Of a stretch of 63,588 nt of DNA, positions 36,277 to 45,646 are shown in pieces. The notes under the pieces were generated by a model. It worked only from the letters and a program-made list of their open reading frames with translations, was not told the DNA's origin and ran no database searches. The DNA lies in the IMG/VR virus record IMGVR_UViG_3300017700_001004, positions 1 through 63,588 of that record. One strand, given 5' to 3'. The translations under genes were made by a program, and so were the position numbers. This DNA comes from a virus. Lineage: Duplodnaviria; Caudoviricetes. Numbering within the stretch: position 1 is the first letter of the stretch; each line of letters opens with the position of its first letter.

Positions 36277-36909
36277 CTATGCCTCCATCGTCGAGAGGGT
36301 GCCTGCCGGCATGGTGGGCAGCGGGATCGAGGTCTGCGGGACGCCCGTCGGCCAGCGGAGGGCCTTGGTGTCCGAGACGAGGATGTCGATGATGCAGACC
36401 CGGTTGCCCTGATTCGCGCCGAGGGCCTTGTAGCGGGTCCGGTCGGCGGTGATGCCGACGATCATGTACACGTGGTTGCCGCCCGTGCGCTGCTTGACCC
36501 CGATCGCTCCGACCTGAGGCCTGCAGGCCTCGCCCCAGGACATCCAGTTCGCGGCCCGGTAGCCCTGAGGCGGCGGCACGAGACCAGACTCCTTGACCCA
36601 CGCAGCCATGGCAGTGCCGCACCACGGGGTCTCGTCGTCCGAGAACGGATAGGAGAGCAGGTTGAGCATCCGCTGAATGCGCGGTGCGGTCCTCGCTCCG
36701 GGGATCTCGGCGAGACCGAGGTCGGCGACCGCCCTCTGCATCCACGGGGGACCGGACGGGTGCGCGCCCGAGACGGCGTCCGGCTGGTTGATGCCCTCCG
36801 CGAGGCAGCGATCGATGGCTGGGTTCAGGATGTCGACCTGAGCCTGCGTGAGCTTTCCTCCGAAGAACGGGCGAATGGCGGCATAGAAGCCTGCGTGGTC
36901 GAATGGCAC
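36277..36909 (-). CDS. NlpC/P60-type (TIGR02594-like) peptidoglycan hydrolase, probable endolysin
   Basis: PPWM..A..DLG..EIPG, DDETPWCG, GNHV, LGANQGN.V. Confidence 0.8.
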   Translation of the reverse strand: MPFDHAGFYAAIRPFFGGKLTQAQVDILNPAIDRCLAEGINQPDAVSGAHPSGPPWMQRAVADLGLAEIPGARTAPRIQRMLNLLSYPFSDDETPWCGTAMAAWVKESGLVPPPQGYRAANWMSWGEACRPQVGAIGVKQRTGGNHVYMIVGITADRTRYKALGANQGNRVCIIDILVSDTKALRWPTGVPQTSIPLPTMPAGTLSTMEA

Positions 36910-38441
36910 TAGAGTATCTCCTCCTTGATCTCGGGCAGATCGTGAGGCTCCGTCTGCACACTGAACACATCGATGGGGAGCCAGAACGTGTTGACGCCCT
37001 TCCCCTTGGCGTTCAGGAACTGGTTGCCTCCGCCCATCTCCCTGATTCGGTTCGTCATCTGCGTCCGGGTCATGTCCCGGAACTTGACCTTCTCCAGATA
37101 CTCCTGAATGTCCCTGAGGCGAAAGTGGACCCGGCCCGTCTTCTCGTCGTGCCACGCCTTGCCCAGCACGATCTCCTCCACGGTCTGGGCCTGCTGCCTG
37201 TCCGTGCAGAATGTCTCGAGGTGCTCGAGGAACTGGCCCGAGAGAGACACATCCCCCGGTGCCTCGATGATGGTGAGGTTCTCGTACAGGCCCGCGAGGA
37301 TCTGGTCCCATGTCTCCTTCTTCAGGATCGGGACGACCATGTGGATGGTCTCCATGCACTTCTTCTGGAAGCGCGACGGCTGCTGGAGATCGTCGGTCGT
37401 CAGCTCCAGCCGCTCCCCGCCCACGTCAAGAAACCAGATCGGCTGGTCGGTGTTCAGGACGGCGAGACTTCCCATGACGGGGAGTGTTCCCTTGGTGCCG
37501 ACACCGTGCTTCCTCGTCCTGCACAGGCCCGCGTTGCAGTGGTTGGCCAGAGGGATGTCCGAGCACTTGTACTTGTAGTCCTTCGATCGCAGGTTCTTGA
37601 TCATCTGCGTGACCTCGGCTGCGGGGAGCGGGGGGCTGAAGTAGCGCTGGTTCATCTGCTCGAGCAGGAGGTCCCACTTGTCCGGATACTTCTTCTTGAG
37701 GAAGGTGCCCAGCCCGAAGAGGCCATTGTTGCGCGTCCCCTCCGGGAAGCCCACGGAGGAGAGGTGCTGGAGGCACGGAGGACCGTCCCTGAACTCGTCG
37801 TCCGCCTTCTCCGCCACGCGGAGAGAGACCATCTCGTCGGAGGTCAGCCGGGCAGCCTCCGCCCGCGCGAGGAACTGGCGCAGGGTCAGGCCCCGGCCCT
37901 GCTCGTTGACAGCGTAGCGGTCGGTCTCGTCGCCCCGATAGTAGGGCATGTTCAGCCAGTTCCCGAGGTCGCCGCTCTCGGTCAGGACCTTGGTCTGCTT
38001 GGGAAAGATCTCGGACCCGCCGAAGCCGAGCATGGCTGCGAGGTCGCGGAGCTTGGCCTGTATCTCGGCGGCGGGCACAGGCTCGAGCATGAAGAGGAAT
38101 AGGTGGGCACCGCCCGACTTGGTGCGGCACAGGATGAGCGGAAGGTGGGCCTCCTTGAGCTGGCGCACGATCGCGCCGTGGTCGATGTCGTATCGGTCGA
38201 CGTCAATGCATCCCCAGACGCACGTGTTGTCGCCCCGGATGGGGATGATGCCTATCGGCCTGCGACCCTCGACATGGTCGAGCCAGAGATCCTCGGTGAC
38301 CATCTCCCGGACCGTGCGGGCCGAGGTCTTGATCTCCAGCTTCTCGTGCTTGTCGGGGTTGCGGACCATCTCCCCGTGTGTGCCGTGCGCCCCGTCGTAG
38401 CCATCGAACAGGGCCATGAGGCGTCTTGTTTCTTCAATCAT
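36909..38441 (-). CDS. AEP-superfamily primase with a PriCT-like domain
   Basis: WGCIDVD, TKSGGAHLFLF, EIFPKQ, LNMPY, PPCL..EGTRNNGLF. Confidence 0.85.
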   Translation of the reverse strand: MIEETRRLMALFDGYDGAHGTHGEMVRNPDKHEKLEIKTSARTVREMVTEDLWLDHVEGRRPIGIIPIRGDNTCVWGCIDVDRYDIDHGAIVRQLKEAHLPLILCRTKSGGAHLFLFMLEPVPAAEIQAKLRDLAAMLGFGGSEIFPKQTKVLTESGDLGNWLNMPYYRGDETDRYAVNEQGRGLTLRQFLARAEAARLTSDEMVSLRVAEKADDEFRDGPPCLQHLSSVGFPEGTRNNGLFGLGTFLKKKYPDKWDLLLEQMNQRYFSPPLPAAEVTQMIKNLRSKDYKYKCSDIPLANHCNAGLCRTRKHGVGTKGTLPVMGSLAVLNTDQPIWFLDVGGERLELTTDDLQQPSRFQKKCMETIHMVVPILKKETWDQILAGLYENLTIIEAPGDVSLSGQFLEHLETFCTDRQQAQTVEEIVLGKAWHDEKTGRVHFRLRDIQEYLEKVKFRDMTRTQMTNRIREMGGGNQFLNAKGKGVNTFWLPIDVFSVQTEPHDLPEIKEEIL

Positions 38442-38467
38442 TGTCAGCTGCCCCCGTCGAGAAGAGT

Positions 38468-38492
38468 GGGCCGGGACGCTAGGCCCCGGCCC
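38468..38492 (-). terminator. Hairpin after the SSB-like gene
   Basis: gggccggg...cccggccc. Confidence 0.45.
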
Positions 38493-38525
38493 GTTCTGCC
38501 AGTCACTCCATGGCGGTGGAGAGGA

Positions 38526-39359
38526 CTAGAGAACCTCCTCGTCGAGTGCGCTGTCACCGGACGCGGCCTCGCCGCCGTCGGGCTGTGCAGTCTTGACCGC
38601 GCCGGACGCGACCTGAGTGGCCAGCTCGCGGGCGACCCGGTACTCGTCGGACGAGACCCAGCTGCCCTGAGTGATCTTCCAGACGAACCACTCGTTGTTG
38701 TTCTTCGAGACCAGCGTGGTCTGGAAGCGATAGTGAACAGCGAACGAGGGCGCGATGGCGTTGTTCGGCAGACGGAGCCGCTTCTTCATGCCCTCGAGCT
38801 CGCGGCTGCTCTTGATCATGGTCGATGCCATGCCGATGACCGCAGGCTCCCAGTTGCCGGCAGGCTGGTCGGCGGTCGCCGAGCGGCGATAGAGACCGTA
38901 GTGGTACTTGGTCTCGGTCAGCGTGTTGCCCGACGGCAGGGTCGGGACCATCTTGTCGCCGTCCTGCACCATGCGGATCTCCGACTTGAGCGGAGTGTCG
39001 TGCGGGTGCTTGGCGACGAAGCCACCCCGGTTGGGGCGCCACTCGACCTGAGCGGCCTCGAAGCCGACCTCGATCCAGTCGATGCCGACGGAGGCAGGGA
39101 TGACCTCCTTGGTGACGTTGTTGTAGATGTCGCCGACCTCGGCTCCCTCGATGTACTGCTCGTCGCGCTTCTTGACCTGCGGTGAGAGATCCTGCAGAAT
39201 GTACAGGAACGGGATGCCGACCTCGTTCGGATCCTCGCTGACGCCCATGCCGGCGTCGGCCATCATGTCCTGCATCATCTCGGCAGGCAGACCGGCTGCT
39301 GCTGCCACTGCGGGCAGGTTCTCGGCGGTCTCGGCGGTGTTGGTGGGTGCTTTTGCCAT
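38526..39359 (-). CDS. Probable single-stranded DNA-binding protein
   Basis: IPFL.ILQ.LSPQ..EGA..GD..N pattern; acidic C-terminal tail; replication context. Confidence 0.65.
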   Translation of the reverse strand: MAKAPTNTAETAENLPAVAAAAGLPAEMMQDMMADAGMGVSEDPNEVGIPFLYILQDLSPQVKKRDEQYIEGAEVGDIYNNVTKEVIPASVGIDWIEVGFEAAQVEWRPNRGGFVAKHPHDTPLKSEIRMVQDGDKMVPTLPSGNTLTETKYHYGLYRRSATADQPAGNWEPAVIGMASTMIKSSRELEGMKKRLRLPNNAIAPSFAVHYRFQTTLVSKNNNEWFVWKITQGSWVSSDEYRVARELATQVASGAVKTAQPDGGEAASGDSALDEEVL

Positions 39360-39360
39360 G

Positions 39361-40035
39361 TTACCTCTTCTTCCTCTTCACGATCTTCACAATGCGACCG
39401 ACTGTTGCGCCAAGGGCCTCCAGCGGAAGGTCGGACCTCTTCCGCTCTCGGACCTGCTCCTTGACGTACGACGTGAGAGTTGCCCAGTGGGCACCCTCCT
39501 CGAGCTTCACGCGCCCCGGCTCGAGGCCCATGCCCTGCTCGGAGGTGAGATACCCCACGATCTCCCGCGCCTGCTCCAGGCTCCCCTTCGGCAGGGTGAC
39601 GGTGACGGTGGTGGTGAGAATGTCGGGGGCGTCCTCGGTCAGGAACGCGATGCCCTGCTCCCTGAGCTCGACCAGCCGGGCGCGCTCCTCGGGAGAGATC
39701 TTCGGGTCGGCGTCGGGGTTGGGCAGGCCCGCCTTGAAGTAGTCGTCGAGCTTCAGGTCCACGCCCTGATCGCCCAGACCGATGACGTCCTGACCGACAG
39801 CATCCATCGCGTCGACCAGCACCCTCATCTGGAGCTCCTGCTTGCGGGCGACCAGCTCCTTGGCCACCTGAGCATACTTCTCGAGGCGCTGATCGATCTC
39901 GACCAGCTCGAGGCCGAGGGTCGTGATGTTGCGGCTCTCCTCCTCCGTTGGTGCTCGCTTGAACGCGGCTCCGTCGCGCTCCATCTCTTCGAAAATTGAC
40001 ACTTGGCGGGTCTCCTTCTGTGGCGTCAGTGACAC
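39361..40035 (-). CDS. Conserved phage replication-region protein
   Basis: H..TL.SYVKE motif; upstream of the SSB-like gene. Confidence 0.6.
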   Translation of the reverse strand: MSLTPQKETRQVSIFEEMERDGAAFKRAPTEEESRNITTLGLELVEIDQRLEKYAQVAKELVARKQELQMRVLVDAMDAVGQDVIGLGDQGVDLKLDDYFKAGLPNPDADPKISPEERARLVELREQGIAFLTEDAPDILTTTVTVTLPKGSLEQAREIVGYLTSEQGMGLEPGRVKLEEGAHWATLTSYVKEQVRERKRSDLPLEALGATVGRIVKIVKRKKR

Positions 40036-40077
40036 CTATACGCTGGCAGGCTGCCATCGCAAATGGGCCGTGACGAC

Positions 40078-40295
40078 GAGCCTATTGAAATATCGGCCCT
40101 ATTACGCGCGGGGCGGATACGGCGTGTGGTGTGCCGTGCTAAATCCGTCTAAAAGTAATAGCTTCAATAGGACCGAGGCGAAAGCCTCTGTAAACGGGAG
40201 TTTATGTCGTATTGAAACGACTATTGAACAGCTTTAGAAGCGCGCCCAAAGTAATATCTTCAATAGTCTCTCACGCGCCCGCGCGTATAGGAGGG
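40078..40295. repeat. AT-richer noncoding element B with CTATTGAA/TTCAATAG repeats; candidate replication origin
   Basis: Copies at about 40082, 40163, 40209, 40221, 40259; direct repeat AAAGTAATA[GT]CTTCAATAG at 40152 and 40248. Confidence 0.7.
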
Positions 40296-40395
40296 CGGCG
40301 CACAAGTAAACTCTGAACCAATGGGCCGTCCGCCGGGGCTATCGACTGGCGCCCGCAGAGGCTATGCTCCCCGCTCACCCCACCGAGGAGAAGAC

Positions 40396-41844
40396 ATGAA
40401 GTATGTTCCTGCGCTGCCGCCGCGCGCTCACCAGATCGAGGGACTCAACAAGGCACGAGGCCGACCGGGCTTCGGCTGGCTCATGGAGATGGGCACCGGC
40501 AAGACGAAGACCGACCTCGACGAGACGGGAGAGCTGTACTGCGAGGGCGAGATCACTGCCTGTCTCATGCTCGCGCCCAAGGGCGTGTACACGAACTGGG
40601 AGACCGACGAGATCCCGAAGCACTGGACCGACGACTTTCGCCAGGAGGTCACGATCGGTGCGTGGAGGGGCGGGGGGACGCGCGCCAACAGGGACGAGAT
40701 CGAGAGACTGTTCACCCCCGACCCCACGCTCAAGTTCTTCGCCATGAACATCGAGGCGCTGGGCGCGTCCGATCGGGCGTTCGACATTGCCCACGAGTTC
40801 GTGAGCCGCCACCGGGGCCGCATCAAGATCTCCATCGACGAGAGCACCGCGATCAAGAACCCGACAGCTGTCCGGACCAAGGCGGTCGATCGCCTGCGCG
40901 ACATGGCCAACTATCGGCGCATTCTCTGCGGCCAGCCGGTGCCGAACGGTCCGATGGACCTCTTCAGCCAGATGAACTGGGCAGTGCCCGGCTCCCTCGG
41001 CTCGAGCTTCTATGCCTACCGCGCGCGATACGCGATCCTGCAGAAGCAGATGTTCGGGACGCGGGCCGTGCAGCAGATCGTCGGCTATCGCGACATCGAC
41101 GAGCTGGCCGAGCGCATCAGGCCCCACACCTTCCGGAAGCGCAAGGACGAGTGCCTCGACCTTCCCGAGCAGATCTATCTCCCGCCCCGGACGGTCGAGC
41201 TGACCGACCAGCAGCGCCGCATCTACAACGAGGTCAAGGAGAACGCCACGGCTCTGCTCTCGGGCGACGACTACGTCACCGCGACGCTGGCCCTGACGCA
41301 GGTGCTGAGGCTCCACCAGATCCTGTGCGGCCACGTGGTCGACGAGATGGGCAGGACGCACCGGCTGGACAGCAATCGGCCGAGGGTGATGCTCGAGGCG
41401 ACCGAGGAGATGGCCGGGTCGGGCATCATCTGGGCGACCTATCGCGACGACATTGAGCGCATCGAGGAGACCCTCCGCAAGGCATACGGGGCCGACAAGG
41501 TTGTCTCCTACCACGGAGGCGTTCCCCAGGACCAGCGCGACATTGCCAAGCGGCGGTTCCAGGACGGATACGCAGACTGGTTCGTGGGCACCCCGCAGGC
41601 AGCCTCCAGGGGCCTCACCCTCGTGAGAACGCCGAACAGCCTCTACTACTCCAACAGCCACAACCTCGACCACCGAGACCAGAGCGAGAGCCGGACCCAC
41701 CGCGACGGCCAGCACTGGCCATGCGTGTACGGAGACCTGCAGGTTCCCGGCACCGTCGAGGAGAAGATTGTCCAGGCACTGCGCAAGAAGATCGATCTGG
41801 CAACTGCCGTCCTGAAGGACGGATATCGCAGCTGGGTGATCTGA
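40396..41844 (+). CDS. SNF2-like SF2 helicase
   Basis: HQ, EMGTGKT, IDEST.IKN, CGQP..N.P.DL.SQ, GLTL, QSESRTHR.GQ. Confidence 0.9.
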   Translation: MKYVPALPPRAHQIEGLNKARGRPGFGWLMEMGTGKTKTDLDETGELYCEGEITACLMLAPKGVYTNWETDEIPKHWTDDFRQEVTIGAWRGGGTRANRDEIERLFTPDPTLKFFAMNIEALGASDRAFDIAHEFVSRHRGRIKISIDESTAIKNPTAVRTKAVDRLRDMANYRRILCGQPVPNGPMDLFSQMNWAVPGSLGSSFYAYRARYAILQKQMFGTRAVQQIVGYRDIDELAERIRPHTFRKRKDECLDLPEQIYLPPRTVELTDQQRRIYNEVKENATALLSGDDYVTATLALTQVLRLHQILCGHVVDEMGRTHRLDSNRPRVMLEATEEMAGSGIIWATYRDDIERIEETLRKAYGADKVVSYHGGVPQDQRDIAKRRFQDGYADWFVGTPQAASRGLTLVRTPNSLYYSNSHNLDHRDQSESRTHRDGQHWPCVYGDLQVPGTVEEKIVQALRKKIDLATAVLKDGYRSWVI

Positions 41845-41845
41845 C

Positions 41846-42493
41846 ATGATGGCTCGCGAGCTGTACGCAGTCCTCGGCGTCTCGGAGAGCGCGACACAGG
41901 ACGAGATCCGCCGGGCCTACCGCCGCCGGGCGAAGGTGCTCCACCCCGACAAGGGCGGAGACCCGGACGAGTTCGACCACCTCCGGCAGGCATACGACAC
42001 CCTCTCCGATCCCGAGCGGAGGCGGAGGTACGACCAGACCGGAGACCGGGCCGGGCCGCAGGCGGACGAGCCGAGCGAGGACACCAAGATGATGGTGATC
42101 CTGAGCCAGATCATCCAGAACGTGGTCTGCGGACAGGAGGGCGGGGGTGGCGACGTCACGACGATTGACGTTGTCGCGGCTGTCAAGATGAACATGCGCC
42201 AGATGGAGCAGAAGATCGTCTCCGGCATCATGACCACGGAGGATCGCATCCGCCGCAACAAGGAGGTCACTCGTCGGCTGCGCAAGAAGCGCCGCCGGGC
42301 CGACGGTCAGGATCTCCTGAGGATGGTGCTTCGCGGCCAGCGCGAGGAGCTTCGCCGTGTCAAGCAGAAGCAGTCGGAGGATCTCTCGCTGCACCGTCGG
42401 GTCATTCGCGTGTTCGAGGGATACGACTACGAGACCGACATTGTCGAGCGGGCGATGTCGATGACCACCTGGACCATCACCGGCACCCGATAG
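41846..42493 (+). CDS. J-domain (DnaJ-like) protein
   Basis: LYAVLGV..IRRAYRR.AK.LHPDKGGD..F..AYDTLSDPERRRRYD. Confidence 0.9.
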   Translation: MMARELYAVLGVSESATQDEIRRAYRRRAKVLHPDKGGDPDEFDHLRQAYDTLSDPERRRRYDQTGDRAGPQADEPSEDTKMMVILSQIIQNVVCGQEGGGGDVTTIDVVAAVKMNMRQMEQKIVSGIMTTEDRIRRNKEVTRRLRKKRRRADGQDLLRMVLRGQREELRRVKQKQSEDLSLHRRVIRVFEGYDYETDIVERAMSMTTWTITGTR

Positions 42494-42542
42494 GGGCCTC
42501 TGTGGAGCCGTGCGTCCCGCCCCGGCGGGCTAGGCCCCACGG

Positions 42543-42825
42543 GAAAGGCCCCGGCCTTGCGACCGGGGCCTCCCGCGACCCTTCAGGGTTTGCTGAATCT
42601 GGCTGCCGAGACGCTGGCACTGAGACACTCGGCGTTGACTCTGGTTACTCGCCAGCTGAGCCCAGCCCTTGTCCTCTTGGGGGCTGGTAATCCAGTTCGC
42701 CCTGCTCGAGAGAGGGCGGAGGAGGATCACCTCGTAAACTGTCAGCAGGACGGATTCACCGATTATCTCCATGCCACCTCGCGCTGGTGGTACCACGGCT
42801 GGGGAGCCTGCCAGACCCCTCTGAG
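42543..42825 (-). ncRNA. Candidate structured noncoding RNA (about 280 nt)
   Basis: Phage-type promoter at 42859-42831, several consecutive stems, terminal GCAA-loop hairpin with a short T run. Confidence 0.45.
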
Positions 42826-42865
42826 CCCCATGGATACCCTCCAAGGGGCCGAGGGTAAAGCCCCC

Positions 42866-44437
42866 TTAGCGGCGCTCCCTGTCGTCGCTGCGGAGACCAG
42901 AGACGATGTGGAGCACCTTCTTGGCGCGGGTGACGGCGACATACTGGAGGTTGATCTCCTGGTCCATCTGCCAGTCGCGGCTGCAGCGAGCGGGCTGGAC
43001 CTCGGTCAGGCCGAGCACGTGGACGCGGTCCCACTCCAGGCCCTTGGAGCGGTGCTCGGAGCAGAGCACGATCATGCGGCTGGTGTCGCCCATCTTCTCG
43101 GCGTCCTCGAAGAGCGACATGATCATGTCCTGCAGCTCGGCGACCGTCGACATCTTCTGCTCGCGGGCGCGCTCGATGAGGACCATCATCGTCTCGAGCC
43201 GGTCGTTGGCCTCCTCGATCTTGCGGTCGTCGTCCTTGAGCTTGGCCTTGGCGACCTCCTTCTCGGTGAACTCGACCAGCTTGCCCTCGAGGGCGTTCAG
43301 CGTCTTGATCGACTTCCACCGACCGGCCAGCTTGGCGAGGCCCTGACCGATGGAGCGACCCTCGATCTTGGCCGAGACGCCAGCGCGGATGAAGCGGAAG
43401 ACCAGCGAGACGAGATACTTGTTGAACCGGCAGAGGATGGCGTCGCCCGGCTGGGCGTGGTCCATGATGTCTGCGTAGTCGTAGCCGATCACCTCTCCGT
43501 CGGGGGCGGTCTCGTGGGCCGTGATGTGGCCGACGAACTGGCGAGCCACGGCGACCACCGCCTTCGGGCAGCGGTAGGTGACGGTCAGCGGCAGACGGGT
43601 GCAGCGGAAGTCCTCGGCGATCTGCTCGAGGCTGTTGTTGTCGGTGCCGGTGAAGCCGTAGATGGCCTGATGGGGATCGCCCACCGCGACGAGGCGACCG
43701 CCGGGGCGGAGCATGCGACGGGCCATCTCGCGGCGGGTCGGGTTGGTGTCCTGGGCCTCGTCGATGACGACCCAGTCGTGCTGCCACAGGCGAAGGTTGC
43801 GGAGCAGCGGAATGTAGATCATGTCGTCGTAGTCGTACGACTCGGCGATCTGCTCGTTCGAGCGGCGAAGGCAGATCTGGGCCATCTTGATGACGTGGGG
43901 CACCATGTGCTCCTGGCCCTCGGGCAGGGCGTCGTCGAGGGCGAAGTGCTCGACCATCTCCTCCCACGCCTGCTGGTCGTCGATGCGGCAGAGCGCACCG
44001 ATGCCGCGCTGCTTGGCCATGGAGACAATCTTGGCGACGGCAGGCTCCAGGCCCTCCAGGTCGCGGCGAGCCTTCTCCCGGACCAGCTCCTCGACGATGC
44101 GGATGACCTTCTTGTCGGTCGGCTCGACGCTCTTGAGCTGCGGGAATGCCTTGAGGAGGGCCGAGCGCCCGGCGGAGTGGAAGGTCTTGCCCTCCTTGCG
44201 GGTGCGCCAGTCACCGGCTGCGAGGCCGCGATCCTTCAGGCGGTTGTCGATCTCCTTGGCGATCTTGCTGTTGAAGGCCATGAAGGCGGCGGATCCGCTC
44301 ATCAGCTCGGCACCCTCGATCAGGGTGGTGGTCTTGCCGGCCCCGGCGACTGCCTCGACGACTGCGCTTCCGCGACCGTCGACGACCCAGTCGAAGAATG
44401 CCTGCTGCTGAATGGAGGGGGTGAACTTGCGTGTCAT
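42866..44437 (-). CDS. Second SF1 UvrD/Rep-like helicase
   Basis: AVAGAGKTT, AFN, TFHS, IDEAQD, VGDPHQAIYGF, TYRCP, HRSKGLEW, YVAVTRAK; own promoter TTTACA-17-TATCGA at about 44517-44489. Confidence 0.92.
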   Translation of the reverse strand: MTRKFTPSIQQQAFFDWVVDGRGSAVVEAVAGAGKTTTLIEGAELMSGSAAFMAFNSKIAKEIDNRLKDRGLAAGDWRTRKEGKTFHSAGRSALLKAFPQLKSVEPTDKKVIRIVEELVREKARRDLEGLEPAVAKIVSMAKQRGIGALCRIDDQQAWEEMVEHFALDDALPEGQEHMVPHVIKMAQICLRRSNEQIAESYDYDDMIYIPLLRNLRLWQHDWVVIDEAQDTNPTRREMARRMLRPGGRLVAVGDPHQAIYGFTGTDNNSLEQIAEDFRCTRLPLTVTYRCPKAVVAVARQFVGHITAHETAPDGEVIGYDYADIMDHAQPGDAILCRFNKYLVSLVFRFIRAGVSAKIEGRSIGQGLAKLAGRWKSIKTLNALEGKLVEFTEKEVAKAKLKDDDRKIEEANDRLETMMVLIERAREQKMSTVAELQDMIMSLFEDAEKMGDTSRMIVLCSEHRSKGLEWDRVHVLGLTEVQPARCSRDWQMDQEINLQYVAVTRAKKVLHIVSGLRSDDRERR

Positions 44438-44576
44438 GCTGCGTCTCCTGTCTCGGATTGGCTCTGGGATATTCCTCGGCGTTCACTCTCGATAGGCCCA
44501 ACCTCACAAGATGTAAACCCCCTTTGGCTTTTAATGCGACCTAATGCACCGTATGGTGGGGCAGAGGAGACCCACC

Positions 44577-45068
44577 ATGATCGCAAACCCATTCGCCGGT
44601 GTCAAGACCGCAGCACTGGTCATCGCCGGTGTGGCCACGTTCGGTGCTGGCTTCGCCGCCGCCGAGCTGTACGAGAACTATGCCCCGTGGGGCATCGGAG
44701 CTCGCCTCACCAAGCTCACCAACGCCCTCCCCCGCAAGCTGGACGATGCTCGAGCAGCCGGGGCCAAGGCCCAGCTCGAGCGAGACCGCCCCATCGTCGC
44801 GGAGTGGCGGGGGAGGCTCGCCACCTGCGAGGCGACGGCCCGGACTGCGAGCGAGACAGAGACCCAGCGGCTCGAGGCTGCGATCAGGACCACCAGCGCA
44901 AGTCGCGATGCCGCGTATCGGCTCGGCCTTGCCTCATGCAGAGCGGAGAAGAGAGATGAACCGAAGACTGGCACCACTCCTGGCACTGTCCCTCCTGGCG
45001 GCCTGCCAGACGACACAGAGCTCAGATCCATCCTTGGCGGGGCTGCCTACGCCCCCGGCGCGCGCTGA
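44577..45068 (+). CDS. Probable inner-membrane spanin (Rz-like)
   Basis: N-terminal TM and coiled coil; overlaps a lipoprotein gene. Confidence 0.65.
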   Translation: MIANPFAGVKTAALVIAGVATFGAGFAAAELYENYAPWGIGARLTKLTNALPRKLDDARAAGAKAQLERDRPIVAEWRGRLATCEATARTASETETQRLEAAIRTTSASRDAAYRLGLASCRAEKRDEPKTGTTPGTVPPGGLPDDTELRSILGGAAYAPGAR

Positions 45069-45324
45069 GACCGCTCCAGCGGTCGCTCGACAGCTGCTCC
45101 AGGCCGAGCCAGCGCCCCCGGCGGGCGTAGGGGCCGTCGCCGTCCGGAGCGCTCTGGAGGACGCTGTGGGGCCTGAGCGGGCCGAGGCCCTGTGGCGGTG
45201 GATGACGATCGACATGCCCGAGTGGGGCCGCGAGGGCTGGAGGCGCACGGAGGAGATGTCAGCAGAGCTCCTCCGTCGCGAGCGCGAGACTACGGTGCCG
45301 GCTCCTCAGCCGCCACAGCCTTAG
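44956..45324 (+). CDS. Probable outer-membrane lipoprotein spanin (Rz1-like)
   Basis: MNRRLAPLLALSLLAA|C lipobox; Pro-rich. Confidence 0.7.
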   Translation: MNRRLAPLLALSLLAACQTTQSSDPSLAGLPTPPARAETAPAVARQLLQAEPAPPAGVGAVAVRSALEDAVGPERAEALWRWMTIDMPEWGREGWRRTEEMSAELLRRERETTVPAPQPPQP

Positions 45325-45646
45325 ACTCCACAGGAGGCTTCGGCTCGGTGGGGTTGGTCAGGGTGATCAGCCCCACGGTCGACCCGGCGAGGGCCGGAAT
45401 GTAGAGCACCATCGAGTTGATGAACTGCACCCACTCGTCCATCGTGATGGTCCTGTTCCACGACATGTGGACGACGACCGCCGACGGTGCCAGGATCCCG
45501 AACACCAGCAGAATGACGCCGAGCAGACGACCGACCGCATAGGTCTCGCCGTCCGCCGCCGTGAACATGTGCTTGGCGACCTCGCGGAGGACGCCCCGGA
45601 AGCCGCGCTTGATGCCGTCGGTGACGGAGATCCTGAGCATGCTCAT
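45290..45646 (-). CDS. 2-TM membrane protein, holin candidate
   Basis: Two TM segments; last gene of the late operon. Confidence 0.5.
   Translation of the reverse strand: MSMLRISVTDGIKRGFRGVLREVAKHMFTAADGETYAVGRLLGVILLVFGILAPSAVVVHMSWNRTITMDEWVQFINSMVLYIPALAGSTVGLITLTNPTEPKPPVESKAVAAEEPAP

Noticed and set aside
42543-42830. tmRNA or tRNA (a GGGGCT occurs near the predicted 5' end)
   Set aside because: No T-arm, CCA end or tag reading frame recognised
42557-44959. 800-aa + strand ORF
   Set aside because: Shadow of the - strand SF1 helicase
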